The notes under the pieces were generated by a model. That model had not been told where the DNA came from and ran no database searches. It worked only from the letters and a program-made list of their open reading frames with translations. A stretch of 63,873 nucleotides of DNA, the filler included. It is 8 parts of 8 records of this genome, joined end to end, with 100 filler letters (N's around TTAATTAATTAA, not from the genome) between each part and the next. Parts side by side here need not be neighbours in the genome. Positions count along the whole stretch, not along the records: positions 48,485 to 58,363 come from SRR31156797_98534; positions 58,464 to 63,873 come from SRR31156797_98612; 6 more parts are not named here. One strand, given 5' to 3'. The translations under genes were made by a program, and so were the position numbers. Positions 51,092 to 60,607 of the stretch are shown here, piece after piece (the first letter of the stretch is position 1; each line of letters begins with the position of its first letter).

Positions 51092-51931
51092 ATGGGCAAG
51101 ACTCCAACAAATACAGATGTGCGGTTTTGGCGCGACCCGGACTTACCCGGTGTAGAAGTTCGTTATTCCAGCTATAACGAAGACGCTTTTCGAAAGCATA
51201 CTCACGCGGCCTATTCAATAGGAATCATCGAGACAGGGAAAACAACATTTACTCTTAACGGTGAAGCTTTTCATGCTGGCGCCGGTCAACTGGTTTTGAT
51301 CGAACCGGAAGTTGTTCACGTCTGCAACCCTGATTTGGACTCCCGCATGACCTATCGGATGTTTTATGTGGAATCCTCGTGGCTGGAAACAGTGGGGGCA
51401 GAGATGTTTGGTCGGGAGATAGGGCCTCCGTCATTTCCCCTGCCGGTTGTGGATGATCCGGGATTGGTTGCGCATTGGCGGGATCTGCATGAGGTGGTCT
51501 CGAACGGTGGTGACCGCCTTGAGAAGGAGTCCTTGCTGGTGGAAGGACTTGCAGATTTGTTGTCGAGGTATGCTGAATGTGGAGAAGTTCAGGTTTCTAC
51601 TGGTCAAGGTGATGCAATCTTAGCCGTCAAGCGCCATCTGGCAGAGAATTTGGCCGAGAAGGTCAGTCTGGATGCATTGTCAAAAGTCGCGCATGTGAGT
51701 CGTTATCATTTGCTCAGGACGTTTCAGGCCTCTGTGGGGTTATCGCCACATGCATATCAGAACCAGCTTCGGGTTGATCTGGGCAAGAAGCTTTTGGCGG
51801 AAAATCTATCTATCAGCCATGTCGCTGTTGAGGCGGGATTTGTGGATCAGAGTCATTTTTCCCGAGTGTTCAAGCAGTATACGGGAGCCACTCCCCAACA
51901 ATATCAGGCCGGGGTCGGAAACCTCCGCTGA
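51092..51931 (+). CDS. AraC family regulator
   Basis: Cupin-like HTH..H ligand domain; SRYHLLRTF, GFVDQSHFSRVFK. Confidence 0.93.
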   Translation: MGKTPTNTDVRFWRDPDLPGVEVRYSSYNEDAFRKHTHAAYSIGIIETGKTTFTLNGEAFHAGAGQLVLIEPEVVHVCNPDLDSRMTYRMFYVESSWLETVGAEMFGREIGPPSFPLPVVDDPGLVAHWRDLHEVVSNGGDRLEKESLLVEGLADLLSRYAECGEVQVSTGQGDAILAVKRHLAENLAEKVSLDALSKVAHVSRYHLLRTFQASVGLSPHAYQNQLRVDLGKKLLAENLSISHVAVEAGFVDQSHFSRVFKQYTGATPQQYQAGVGNLR

Positions 51932-52007
51932 TTCGATTTCGCAATTTCATACAATATCTTTGTTCGTCTTCCTCTCATGGTGTCCCTGAAAATACTTCAG
52001 GAGGCTG

Positions 52008-52943
52008 TTGATGAAAGAGACGATGACTGATGGCGTGGCTGTGGATGCCTTGTCGCATTCCGGTGTTCACTTCATGGGGCCGCGTTTGCTTGCTCCATTG
52101 TGTCTGGCCGGAGCCGTTTTGCTTTGGGGAACATCGTTTATGGCGACCAAGACCGCTTTGACAGGGTTTTCTCCCATGGTCGTTATTTGGTTGCGTATGA
52201 CTATCGCCGCGCTTCTGGTCTTATTTCTTTTTAGACGTATACCCGCGCCCGACTATCGAAAGGGAGACTGGAAGGTCCTATCCTTTCTGTGTCTGATGCA
52301 GCCCTGTCTGTATTTCTCGTTTGAGGGGTACGCCATCGCCCTGACAACATCTGCTCAAGCCGGTATGATTTCTGCCCTGGTGCCTTTGATGGTTATGGTC
52401 GGAGCGTGGGGCATCCTCAAGGAGTCCATGTCCTTGAGGGGAGTGTCGGGAATAGTGGTTTCCATATGCGGCGTGATTTGGTTGTCGTTTGGCGGGACAC
52501 CCGATGAGACTGCCCCAAATCCACTTCTCGGAAATACACTTGAAGTCGGGGCCATGGTGTGCGTGGCTATTTATATGGTGGTCATGAAAAGATTGTCCGC
52601 ACGATATTCTACATGGTGGCTGACGAGTATGCAGTGTGTGGCCGGCGCATTCTTTTTTTTGCCGGGAGCGATTGTGTCAGGCTTTGGCCCGTTGCAGGAA
52701 GTCTCTTTATCTGTATGGTGTGCAGTGGGATATCTTGGTTTTTTTGTCACCTTGGGGGCATTTGGCCTTTACAATATGGCCATGACATTTATGCCGGCAG
52801 GACGGGCTGCTCTGGCTATTAATATGGTCTCGCCTGTGGCTCTTGTGTCAGGCTGGTTTGTTCTCGGTGAATCCATGTCGTTGATGCAGTTGTCTGCGTG
52901 CGGGATTATCGGATTTGGTGTGTGGTTGGGGCGGAGAGGGTAA
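52008..52943 (+). CDS. DMT/EamA family transporter
   Basis: LWGTSF, two EamA repeats, LGE near the C-terminus. Confidence 0.9.
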   Translation: MMKETMTDGVAVDALSHSGVHFMGPRLLAPLCLAGAVLLWGTSFMATKTALTGFSPMVVIWLRMTIAALLVLFLFRRIPAPDYRKGDWKVLSFLCLMQPCLYFSFEGYAIALTTSAQAGMISALVPLMVMVGAWGILKESMSLRGVSGIVVSICGVIWLSFGGTPDETAPNPLLGNTLEVGAMVCVAIYMVVMKRLSARYSTWWLTSMQCVAGAFFFLPGAIVSGFGPLQEVSLSVWCAVGYLGFFVTLGAFGLYNMAMTFMPAGRAALAINMVSPVALVSGWFVLGESMSLMQLSACGIIGFGVWLGRRG

Positions 52944-53001
52944 CGGCAACCGGACGTTTTGGAGGGGTAATTTACGGAATAGTTTGGGTTTTCTTCGGTG
53001 C

Positions 53002-53034
53002 AAAAAAAACAGCCTCCCGATTTGGGAGGCTGTT
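53002..53034 (-). terminator. Intrinsic terminator between convergent genes
   Basis: AACAGCCTCCC-gattt-GGGAGGCTGTT with an A8 run (U tract on the minus strand). Confidence 0.85.
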
Positions 53035-53057
53035 GAATGAATCGCGTTGAGGAATGA

Positions 53058-54122
53058 TTATTTCAATCCAAGATCTTTTTTGAGGAATTCGAAATCGATG
53101 TTGCTGGCGACCAGTTCAGCGCCCTGCTTGATTTTGATGGCGTCACGCAATTTGTGTCGTGACAGAATGTCATCCATTTTTTTGGCGACAGTGAAGGTGT
53201 CTTCACGGACCATGATGATGGGTGTTTCCAACACTTCGGAGCGGGTCAGGATGATGTCGTTGGGATAGAGATTGCCTGTCAGGATCAGACAAGGGCAGTC
53301 GCCTTCGAGTGCAACGAGTTGGACATCCGAGCGATCACCGCCCACGATGATGGCGGAGTTCTTCTTTTTGCGGAAATGCGTCATGAAATTTTCCACCTGC
53401 ATGGTGCCGATGAGAAAGGATTCCACAACACGTTCACTTTTGTTGTGCGCGGAGATAATCTTGCCGCCGAGACGGTCAGCCAGATCGCCTACCTTGATGG
53501 CACCCATAAGCGGGTCACGAGGGATTACGCCGAGAACTTTGACGCCCTTGGACTCAAGCGAGGGGGCCAGAAGCTGATCAATCTCATCCATGAAATTCGG
53601 CGGGACATCATTGAGGATGACACCGGCCATCAGGTCGCCCAGAGTTTCTTTCATGACCATAAGGTAATCATATTTCAGTTCCTTCTGGAACCGGTCGATG
53701 ATGATGGTCTTGATGCCGAGTTTCTTGATGACGGAAATTGCGTCGGTGTCGCAATATTTACCGGAGTACATGGACCCGGACCCGGCCACCAGAGTGACGT
53801 CCTTCTCTTCAGATACGGCGGCGTAGCCTTCCACGATCTTGTCGAGGAGGCCATCCATCTTGCCGGTGAAGGCTTTGACTTTAAAATCTTGAGTGACAAC
53901 TACGGGAGTGACCATCTCGGGATCAGCCGTAACACCGAGCACATCCTGCACGAATGCTGCATCCTCGTCGCCGAGTTTGCCGTCGATCTCCATGGGCATG
54001 GCTCCTACCGGTTTCATGTAACCGACGTTGAAGCCTTCTTTCTGTAGCCTCAGGCCAAGACCCATTACGATCATGTTCTTGCCCGAGTATCCCGTTGTTG
54101 ATCCAATGTAGAGACCTGCCAT
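53058..54122 (-). CDS. BioD-like P-loop + DRTGG domain protein (Pta N-terminal-like, no catalytic Pta domain)
   Basis: STTGYSGK, GYMKPVG, GGDRSDVQ, CLILTG; GGAGG RBS. Confidence 0.87.
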   Translation of the reverse strand: MAGLYIGSTTGYSGKNMIVMGLGLRLQKEGFNVGYMKPVGAMPMEIDGKLGDEDAAFVQDVLGVTADPEMVTPVVVTQDFKVKAFTGKMDGLLDKIVEGYAAVSEEKDVTLVAGSGSMYSGKYCDTDAISVIKKLGIKTIIIDRFQKELKYDYLMVMKETLGDLMAGVILNDVPPNFMDEIDQLLAPSLESKGVKVLGVIPRDPLMGAIKVGDLADRLGGKIISAHNKSERVVESFLIGTMQVENFMTHFRKKKNSAIIVGGDRSDVQLVALEGDCPCLILTGNLYPNDIILTRSEVLETPIIMVREDTFTVAKKMDDILSRHKLRDAIKIKQGAELVASNIDFEFLKKDLGLK

Positions 54123-54197
54123 GGAAACCTCCTGAATTATGGCGTGAGCGGGGCTGGTCAAGCACCTGCTGCTCATCTATATCACTTTGCGAAAAAA

Positions 54198-56300
54198 TCA
54201 GCCGATGGTCAAGCGCAGGTCTGTAACAAGCGCACCTTCGGCATCCACTAGAATCGGGTTGAGTTCAGCTTCTCGAATTTCTGGAAAGTCCGTCGCCATC
54301 TGCGACATGGACAGTAAAATATCTTCTATGGCCGCCAGATTGACCGGTTCTTCTCCCCGAATACCTCGAAGCAGGGGAAAAGATTTGATCTCACGGACGA
54401 TATCCTGAACATCCTGCAAAGTCAGTGGAGCCAGTCGATAGCTGATGTCTCCGAGCACTTCGGCCGACGGACCTGCCAGACTAAAGGAAATCAACGGGCC
54501 GAATTGAGGGTCCTGTGTGAACCGGATCACAACCTCGCGGGCCTTGATCGGTCCCATGGTCTGGACAAGACATCCTGCGATATAGGCGCCGGGGCGTTTG
54601 CGTTGGGCTCGGGATGTTATGGCGAGCCAAGCGTCGCGCACTTCTCGGGGTGTCGCCAAATCCAAGGCCACACCATCCACATCGCCACGACTGGGGATAT
54701 GCGGAGAAACCAATTTGAGTGCAACCGGGTAACCCAATTTTTTAGCAGCTCGGACAGCTTGATCACTGGTACGAACCAGACGTGTCTCAGGGACAGGGAG
54801 TTCATAGGCCAAGGCGATGTTCATGGCATCGGAAAACGGCAGTTCTGAAATCCCCTGATTCAACAACTTCTTGATGGTTCGCTCGGCTCGTCCCTTGTCG
54901 CGTCGGAAACATACTTCGACCGGGTACGGACGGTTTTCCCATTGGTAGTGGGCGTGCATGGCGGAAATGGCTCGGATGGCTGGTTCTGGGTAGCCGTAGC
55001 AGGGAATACCCGCCTGCAATAACATGTCTCGACCTGGGCCAATGCGTTCATCGCCCATGAAGCTTGCGAAAATTGGTTTGTCGCATGTTTGTGCTACATC
55101 AATAATGACTTGTGCCGTTGCTTCGATTTCAGCAGACGCGGTAGGAGTCAACAGGACCAGTATGGCGTTGGTCATTGTGTCTTGAGCAACGGCCTCCAAA
55201 GTGACGCGATATCGTTCAGCCTTTGCATCCCCGATGATATCAATGGGATTGTAGATAGCGGCAAAGGGGGGCAGGGCTTTGGTGAGTTTCTCCAAAGTAA
55301 CTGTGGATGGCCGTGCCAAATGTAAGTTTGCCCCCTCACAGGCGTCAGCGGCCAGAATGCCGGGGCCACCTGAGTTGGTGACGACTGTCAGGTTCGGGCC
55401 TTCGGGCAGCGGTTGTTCGGCAAAGGCTCGTGCCAGATCAAACAGGGATTCCAGACTTTCTACCTGAATAATGCCTGCCTGTTTGAACGCTGCGGTGGAA
55501 GCGACTACAGACCCTGCAATGGAGCCGGTGTGGCTGGATGTGGCTCGTGCGCCAGCCTGAGTGGTGCCTGCCTTGATCATGATGACCGGCTTTTTGTCTG
55601 TAACAGCACGGGCTTTTGCTAGAAATTTCTGTCCATCATCGACAGATTCCAAATAACCGATGATGACTTTGGTGTCAGGGTCTTCTCCGAGTGATTCCAG
55701 AACATCCGCTTCGGATATGCCAGCTTTGTTGCCAAGCGAGATGAATTTGGAAAATCCGATGTCTTCGCCGTCAGCCCAGTCGAGGATGGCCGAACAGAGT
55801 GCTCCGCTTTGTGAAAAGAAGGCGATGGACCCTTTGGTCGGTTTGGCCTGCGCAATGGTTGCATCCAAGCCAATAGCCGTGTTGATGAGTCCCAGCGTGT
55901 TGGGACCGAGCAGGGTAATACCTTTGCGTCGGGCCAATTCAGCCATTTCCATTTCAAGTTCGAAGCCATCCCTGCCGGTTTCGCGGAAACCTGCCGTGAT
56001 GACGCAAATGGCGCTGACATTGGCGTCGGCCAATTCTTTCATGGCGGGAAGGACTTTTTCACGTGGCAGGACAATAATGCCGAGGTCCGGTGGCTTTGGA
56101 AGTGCGGAAATGTCGGAAAAAGTCGGGATGTCGAGAATTTCTCCCCCTGCGGGATTGACGGGGAAGATTGTACCCTTGTACCCTGCGGCAATCAAATTGG
56201 ACAAAATGACGTTGCCGAGCTTGTGCGAACTCCTCGATACGCCAATGATGGCGATGGAGTCCGGGTTGAATAGAGAGCGAAGTTGTACGTCTGCTTGCAT
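54198..56300 (-). CDS. ADP-forming acetate/acyl-CoA ligase (fused alpha-beta)
   Basis: LFNPDSIAIIG, FPVNP, LGPNTLG, SQSGA, SHTG, TNSGG, NPID, C-terminal ATP-grasp ELNP. Confidence 0.9.
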   Translation of the reverse strand: MQADVQLRSLFNPDSIAIIGVSRSSHKLGNVILSNLIAAGYKGTIFPVNPAGGEILDIPTFSDISALPKPPDLGIIVLPREKVLPAMKELADANVSAICVITAGFRETGRDGFELEMEMAELARRKGITLLGPNTLGLINTAIGLDATIAQAKPTKGSIAFFSQSGALCSAILDWADGEDIGFSKFISLGNKAGISEADVLESLGEDPDTKVIIGYLESVDDGQKFLAKARAVTDKKPVIMIKAGTTQAGARATSSHTGSIAGSVVASTAAFKQAGIIQVESLESLFDLARAFAEQPLPEGPNLTVVTNSGGPGILAADACEGANLHLARPSTVTLEKLTKALPPFAAIYNPIDIIGDAKAERYRVTLEAVAQDTMTNAILVLLTPTASAEIEATAQVIIDVAQTCDKPIFASFMGDERIGPGRDMLLQAGIPCYGYPEPAIRAISAMHAHYQWENRPYPVEVCFRRDKGRAERTIKKLLNQGISELPFSDAMNIALAYELPVPETRLVRTSDQAVRAAKKLGYPVALKLVSPHIPSRGDVDGVALDLATPREVRDAWLAITSRAQRKRPGAYIAGCLVQTMGPIKAREVVIRFTQDPQFGPLISFSLAGPSAEVLGDISYRLAPLTLQDVQDIVREIKSFPLLRGIRGEEPVNLAAIEDILLSMSQMATDFPEIREAELNPILVDAEGALVTDLRLTIG

Positions 56301-56316
56301 AAATACAGGGGGTTGA

Positions 56317-57000
56317 ATGGATACTGATGAACTACAGGATTGTATCCACCATAGGTTTGGTCAAGTCAAGTTTCTGGAGGTAGCTCTTACGCACTCCTCG
56401 TTTGCCAATGAACAAGAGGTGAATCAGGACAATGAACGCCTGGAATTCCTGGGGGATGCAGTGCTTGAACTGTGTATTTCAGAGGAAGGCTTCAAGCGTT
56501 ATCCCAGAGCTGCCGAGGGACAGTTGACCCGCATTCGTTCGCAATTGGTGAAAGAACAAAGTCTTGCAGCAATTGCCCGTGATCTCAATCTTGATAAGTA
56601 CATACGATTGGGGCGCGGTGAAGAATTGCAAGGTGGTCGTGAACGGGACGCCTTATTGGCGGATGCCCTTGAGGCCGTGTTGGGAGCCGTATTTATGGAC
56701 GGCGGGTTTGAGGTGGCTAAAAGAACCATCTTGAATATTTTTGAAGGAGAGTGGCCGGAACAAGCCATGTTGCCTGAGACCAAAGATTATAAGAGTCGGT
56801 TGCAGGAAGTGGCACAGGAACGTTTTCGGGAGCGTCCTGTATATGTATTGGCCGGAACCAGTGGGCCCGAACACGAAAAACTGTTTATGGTCGATGTGAC
56901 GTTGCCCGAAGGTGAAGTTTTTCGCGGAGTAGGGACGAGCGTCAAGCGGGCGGAACAGGAATCAGCCCGAGCTGCATTGAAATTTCTTTCCGAAGAATAA
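56317..57000 (+). CDS. rnc: Ribonuclease III
   Basis: [31 protein letters not shown] dsRBD. Confidence 0.97.
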   Translation: MDTDELQDCIHHRFGQVKFLEVALTHSSFANEQEVNQDNERLEFLGDAVLELCISEEGFKRYPRAAEGQLTRIRSQLVKEQSLAAIARDLNLDKYIRLGRGEELQGGRERDALLADALEAVLGAVFMDGGFEVAKRTILNIFEGEWPEQAMLPETKDYKSRLQEVAQERFRERPVYVLAGTSGPEHEKLFMVDVTLPEGEVFRGVGTSVKRAEQESARAALKFLSEE

Positions 57001-57063
57001 TTCAGAAATATGATTGTATGAGACGGGCACAGCTTTTTTGTGCCCATCGGTCAACAAACGGAA

Positions 57064-57118
57064 ACGATCGGAGATCAAGCCCCGTGGCATCCTTGCCACG
57101 GGGCTGATTTCCGATCGT
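57064..57118. terminator. Long hairpin between convergent rnc and flagellin genes
   Basis: About 25-bp stem: ACGATCGGAGATCA(a)GCCCCGTGGCA-tcct-TGCCACGGGGCTGATTTCCGATCGT; no clear U tract. Confidence 0.6.
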
Positions 57119-57141
57119 CTTCAGCCGTGTGTCGTTGTCGG

Positions 57142-58071
57142 CTAGCCGCCGATGAGCTGCATGGCCATTCTCGGCAGAGAGTTGGCCTGTGCCAGCATGG
57201 CGACAGCGGACTGTGTGAGAATCTGGTTGCGGACGAACTCGGTCATTTCCTGCGCCACGTCGACGTCGGAGATACGAGATTCAGCAGCCTGCAGGTTCTC
57301 GGCCTGGATACCCAGGTTGGTGATGGTGTTTTCCAGACGGTTCTGCATGGAACCGAGGTTTGCACGAATTTTGTCCTTGGAAATGATCGCGTTGTTGATC
57401 GCTTCCATGGCTGCCTGTGCCAGTCCCTGTGTGGAGATGGCCTTACCAGCATTCTGTGCTTCCCAGGTTGTCTTACTGGTGTCGAGAGCCGCAGCTTGCC
57501 CCAGTCCGAATGCGGATGCACTGGAACCCTGAATGGCGACATAGTAATAGTCTTCCGCGCAGTCGTTGCCGGTACCGAAGTGAATCTTCAGTGGGCCGGT
57601 GGACTGTAAACCTGTACCGTCATGATCGACGGCAGGGTTACCGGAAAGGTTGCCGTTCAGGAGATAAATTCCGTTAAAATCAGTTGCGTTGGCGATACGG
57701 GTGATTTCCGAGGACATTGCTTGATACTCGGAGTCAATGATCAGACGCTGATCTGAGTTGTATGTACCCGTGGATGCCTGCATGGCCAGCTCTTTCATGC
57801 GAATGAGCTTTTCATCGATGACCTGCAGCGCGCCGTCAGCGGTCTGAATCAGCGAAATTGCATCAGATGCATTACGAATGCCCTGGTGCAGTGAGCTGAT
57901 TTCCGAGCGCATGAGCTCGCGAATTGCCAATCCGGCAGCATCATCGGCAGCCGTGCCGACTCGCAGACCGGAAGACAAACGCCTGGTGGAGACACCCAGA
58001 CGACCATAGTGGTCGGACAGGTTTCTCTGGGCGTTCATCGCCATGAGGTTGTGGTTAATGACTAAAGACAT
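57142..58071 (-). CDS. fliC: Flagellin
   Basis: MSLVINHN, RLSSGLR, DDAAGLAI, AAESRISDVDVA, MLAQAN. Confidence 0.97.
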   Translation of the reverse strand: MSLVINHNLMAMNAQRNLSDHYGRLGVSTRRLSSGLRVGTAADDAAGLAIRELMRSEISSLHQGIRNASDAISLIQTADGALQVIDEKLIRMKELAMQASTGTYNSDQRLIIDSEYQAMSSEITRIANATDFNGIYLLNGNLSGNPAVDHDGTGLQSTGPLKIHFGTGNDCAEDYYYVAIQGSSASAFGLGQAAALDTSKTTWEAQNAGKAISTQGLAQAAMEAINNAIISKDKIRANLGSMQNRLENTITNLGIQAENLQAAESRISDVDVAQEMTEFVRNQILTQSAVAMLAQANSLPRMAMQLIGG

Positions 58072-58115
58072 CAGAACCCTCCTTGTTCGATTATCAAATC
58101 CATTTGGCATTGTTA

Positions 58116-58132
58116 AGCAGTATGCGTGCCAA
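58116..58132 (-). promoter_or_regulatory. sigma54 promoter of flagellin
   Basis: TTGGCACG-CATA-CTGCT matches the -24/-12 consensus. Confidence 0.85.
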
Positions 58133-58363
58133 TATAGTTTTGTTAAGATATATTAAGGGTGTAACTATCTAAAAAAAGTCTAGAATGGTTAATTTTTCCT
58201 ATACCAAAAAGCTCTGAAAAGCTTTGTTCGTCAATGGTTTGTCGGTGGTGGTGAAAAAAATGCCACTTTGGGCAGTGGAGGGGGGAGCGTTCTCGATAAA
58301 GATAAAGATGAAGAAATAAGGATGATCGCTTTCATGCGCCTTTGGCGAGAGTCATTGTTGGGT

Positions 58364-58463
58364 NNNNNNNNNNNNNNNNNNNNNNNNNNNNNNNNNNNNN
58401 NNNNNNNTTAATTAATTAANNNNNNNNNNNNNNNNNNNNNNNNNNNNNNNNNNNNNNNNNNNN
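58364..58463. other. Artificial contig linker
   Basis: N44-TTAATTAATTAA-N44. Confidence 0.99.
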
Positions 58464-58499
58464 CTTGGTCATATGACCAGGATACCATTGTATACTCAA
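58464..58499 (-). CDS. rbgA: Ribosome biogenesis GTPase RbgA/YlqF, first 12 codons (not in the ORF track)
   Basis: GGAG RBS, TTG start, MSIQWYPGHMTK signature. Confidence 0.85.
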
Positions 58500-58658
58500 A
58501 TCAATCTCCAGTACTAAATATTTCCTTCATTATAAAGTAAACTATATCATTATTCAATATTCAGTATTCCTATACATACACAAAACATACTAAGTGGTTA
58601 AATAACTATAGTTTAAATGTGAAAAATATCTATTCCCCTGCACTATGAAATGATTTAA

Positions 58659-59057
58659 TCATCTAATATCTTCTCTCTCCATTTTTACTATTTGTTTCTT
58701 TAATTTTTTACATGTATCATCAATCGCCATTTTTAGTTGAAACGGAGTGATCCCTCCTGATTCGTTGGCAAAATTGATATCAGACAATAATTTCTGCAGC
58801 TCATCAATTGCCATTTCTCTACCGCTTTTTACAATTGAATCTGCTATTTTCCGGCTGTCCACCATTGCAGACATTATTGCTTTCTCCTTATGCCTATAGC
58901 TGTTTATTTCCATAGTTAGCGTTTCATTCTCCTGACGCATGGCAAAAATTCTTTGTTTTTGCTTTTCCAAAGTTTCACTATTGGATTTAGATATAGACTT
59001 CATATACTCATTTATCTGCTTTTTATTATAACCAAAAAAAGATGTTTTAAAGCGCAT
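58659..59057 (-). CDS. DivIVA-like coiled-coil protein
   Basis: FKTSFFGYNKKQINEY resembles the DivIVA N-terminal motif; followed by a coiled coil. Confidence 0.6.
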   Translation of the reverse strand: MRFKTSFFGYNKKQINEYMKSISKSNSETLEKQKQRIFAMRQENETLTMEINSYRHKEKAIMSAMVDSRKIADSIVKSGREMAIDELQKLLSDINFANESGGITPFQLKMAIDDTCKKLKKQIVKMEREDIR

Positions 59058-59265
59058 AATATCACCTAAGCCTCTATAGAAAATAATATATTATAATACA
59101 TAAATATTTTGTCGACTGAAGTTATTGACTAAAATATACCAATGTATTTATAGGCATATTTTGTAAAGATTGCACATACTTATTTATAGTTTTTATTATT
59201 GGCTATAATTTTTTATAAGAATATGATATAATTATTAAAAATACTTTCAAAGGATGTATACAATT

Positions 59266-59652
59266 ATGAAAGAAATAACAAATGAAGTCGAAGTTGTTGA
59301 CTCAGGCAAAATAACATATGCTAACGATGTAGTAGCAAAAATAGCTGCTATTGCAGCAAATGAAGTAGATGGCATTATAGGTATGACTGGTGGTTCTATT
59401 CAGGAAATGCTGGGTATGAAAAACCTGACAAAAGGTTTGAAGGTAACTATTTCAGAGGATAACGTAGCAGTTGATTTACATGTTATGGTTAAATACGGTA
59501 CAATGATTCATCAGGTATGTGCTGAAGTACAAAACAGTATTACAAAGGCAATTGAAAGCATGACAAATTTAAAAGTTACAAAGGTAGATGTCTATGTCGC
59601 CTCTGTACAGCTTCCAGAACCTGAGGTATTGGAAACAACTGAAGAACAATAA
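59266..59652 (+). CDS. Asp23/Gls24 family protein (start may be 59254)
   Basis: GKI..ANDVVAKIA, KGLKV, VKYG, ESMTNLKV..VDVYV; TGaTATAAT at 59224-59232. Confidence 0.92.
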   Translation: MKEITNEVEVVDSGKITYANDVVAKIAAIAANEVDGIIGMTGGSIQEMLGMKNLTKGLKVTISEDNVAVDLHVMVKYGTMIHQVCAEVQNSITKAIESMTNLKVTKVDVYVASVQLPEPEVLETTEEQ

Positions 59653-59687
59653 AAATTTAGTATGATGATAAAGAAAGAGGTTAGTTT

Positions 59688-60236
59688 ATGAAAATAGGAT
59701 TTTTTAATAGACTAGTTATGGTGTTGAGTGCATTGATTATGATTGCAGTTGCAGCTTTGCTGGTTGTTGCAGTTTTTGATTTAGTGCCATTTGAGAATTC
59801 AGCAGAATATGTTCGTCGTATATATGAGGAACAAATCAACTTCTGGCCTACTCTTGGTGCTGCAGCATTTATTATTATTCTATGCGCAGTATTATTTGCA
59901 CTAGCATTCAAAAGAGCAAGTGCTCCAAAGCCAAAAGAAGCAAAGTACATAAATGTAGGTACACCCGAAGGCGGTCAGATAAAAATAGCATCATCAACAC
60001 TGTGTCAGATGATTGTGAAAAATGTTGATGAAATACCTGGTGTCAAAGAATCAAAGGCAAAGATTAATATTGTTGAGGAATTAGCATATATCATTGTCGG
60101 TGTTTCATTAAATTCTGGTGTTGTTGTTCCTGAAGTAGGAAGTATGATTCAGACAACGACCAAAGAGAAAATACAAAACTTAACAGGGTTGAACATTGCA
60201 GAAATAAGTGTATTGGTTAACAATAAGGAAGCTTAA
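59688..60236 (+). CDS. amaP: Alkaline shock response membrane anchor AmaP-like protein
   Basis: Two TM helices followed by an Asp23-like domain; position after asp23. Confidence 0.75.
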   Translation: MKIGFFNRLVMVLSALIMIAVAALLVVAVFDLVPFENSAEYVRRIYEEQINFWPTLGAAAFIIILCAVLFALAFKRASAPKPKEAKYINVGTPEGGQIKIASSTLCQMIVKNVDEIPGVKESKAKINIVEELAYIIVGVSLNSGVVVPEVGSMIQTTTKEKIQNLTGLNIAEISVLVNNKEA

Positions 60237-60269
60237 TCTTAAACAAAAGAACTCACAGGATGGTAAAAA

Positions 60270-60476
60270 ATGAAAAAAATAATAGAATTCATTTCCGAAT
60301 ACAAAGGTGCAGTTGTCGGTGCTGTCATTGGACTGATTCTGGCTATACTCATGCTGACAATAGGCTTTTGGAGAACCCTATTAATATTTGTACTGATAGT
60401 AGCAGGAGTATTGATTGGCATGGCACTAGATAACAAAGGCTGGGTTTCAGAAAAGATTAACAAGTACAAGAAATAA
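60270..60476 (+). CDS. DUF2273 small membrane protein
   Basis: G..IGLILAIL..TIGFWRTL; conserved position. Confidence 0.85.
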   Translation: MKKIIEFISEYKGAVVGAVIGLILAILMLTIGFWRTLLIFVLIVAGVLIGMALDNKGWVSEKINKYKK

Positions 60477-60538
60477 ATAAATTATATTAAATTCTAGCAT
60501 AATTCTACGAGTATTATATAAGATAATCTCGTAGATTG

Positions 60539-60547
60539 TGTTATAAT
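60539..60547 (+). promoter_or_regulatory. Extended -10 promoter upstream of nusB
   Basis: TGtTATAAT, preceded by an imperfect hairpin TCTACGAG...CTCGTAGA (60504-60535). Confidence 0.55.
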
Positions 60548-60607
60548 GAGACAATTAACAGCATGGTATTTTACCAAATATAGCTGACTCAAGGTTATGG
60601 TTAGATA

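Noticed and set aside
10851-58463. Seven TTAATTAATTAA repeats in N runs, and ORFs ending in X...LIN
   Set aside because: Artificial six-frame-stop linkers; not biological repeats, CRISPR arrays or real C-termini.
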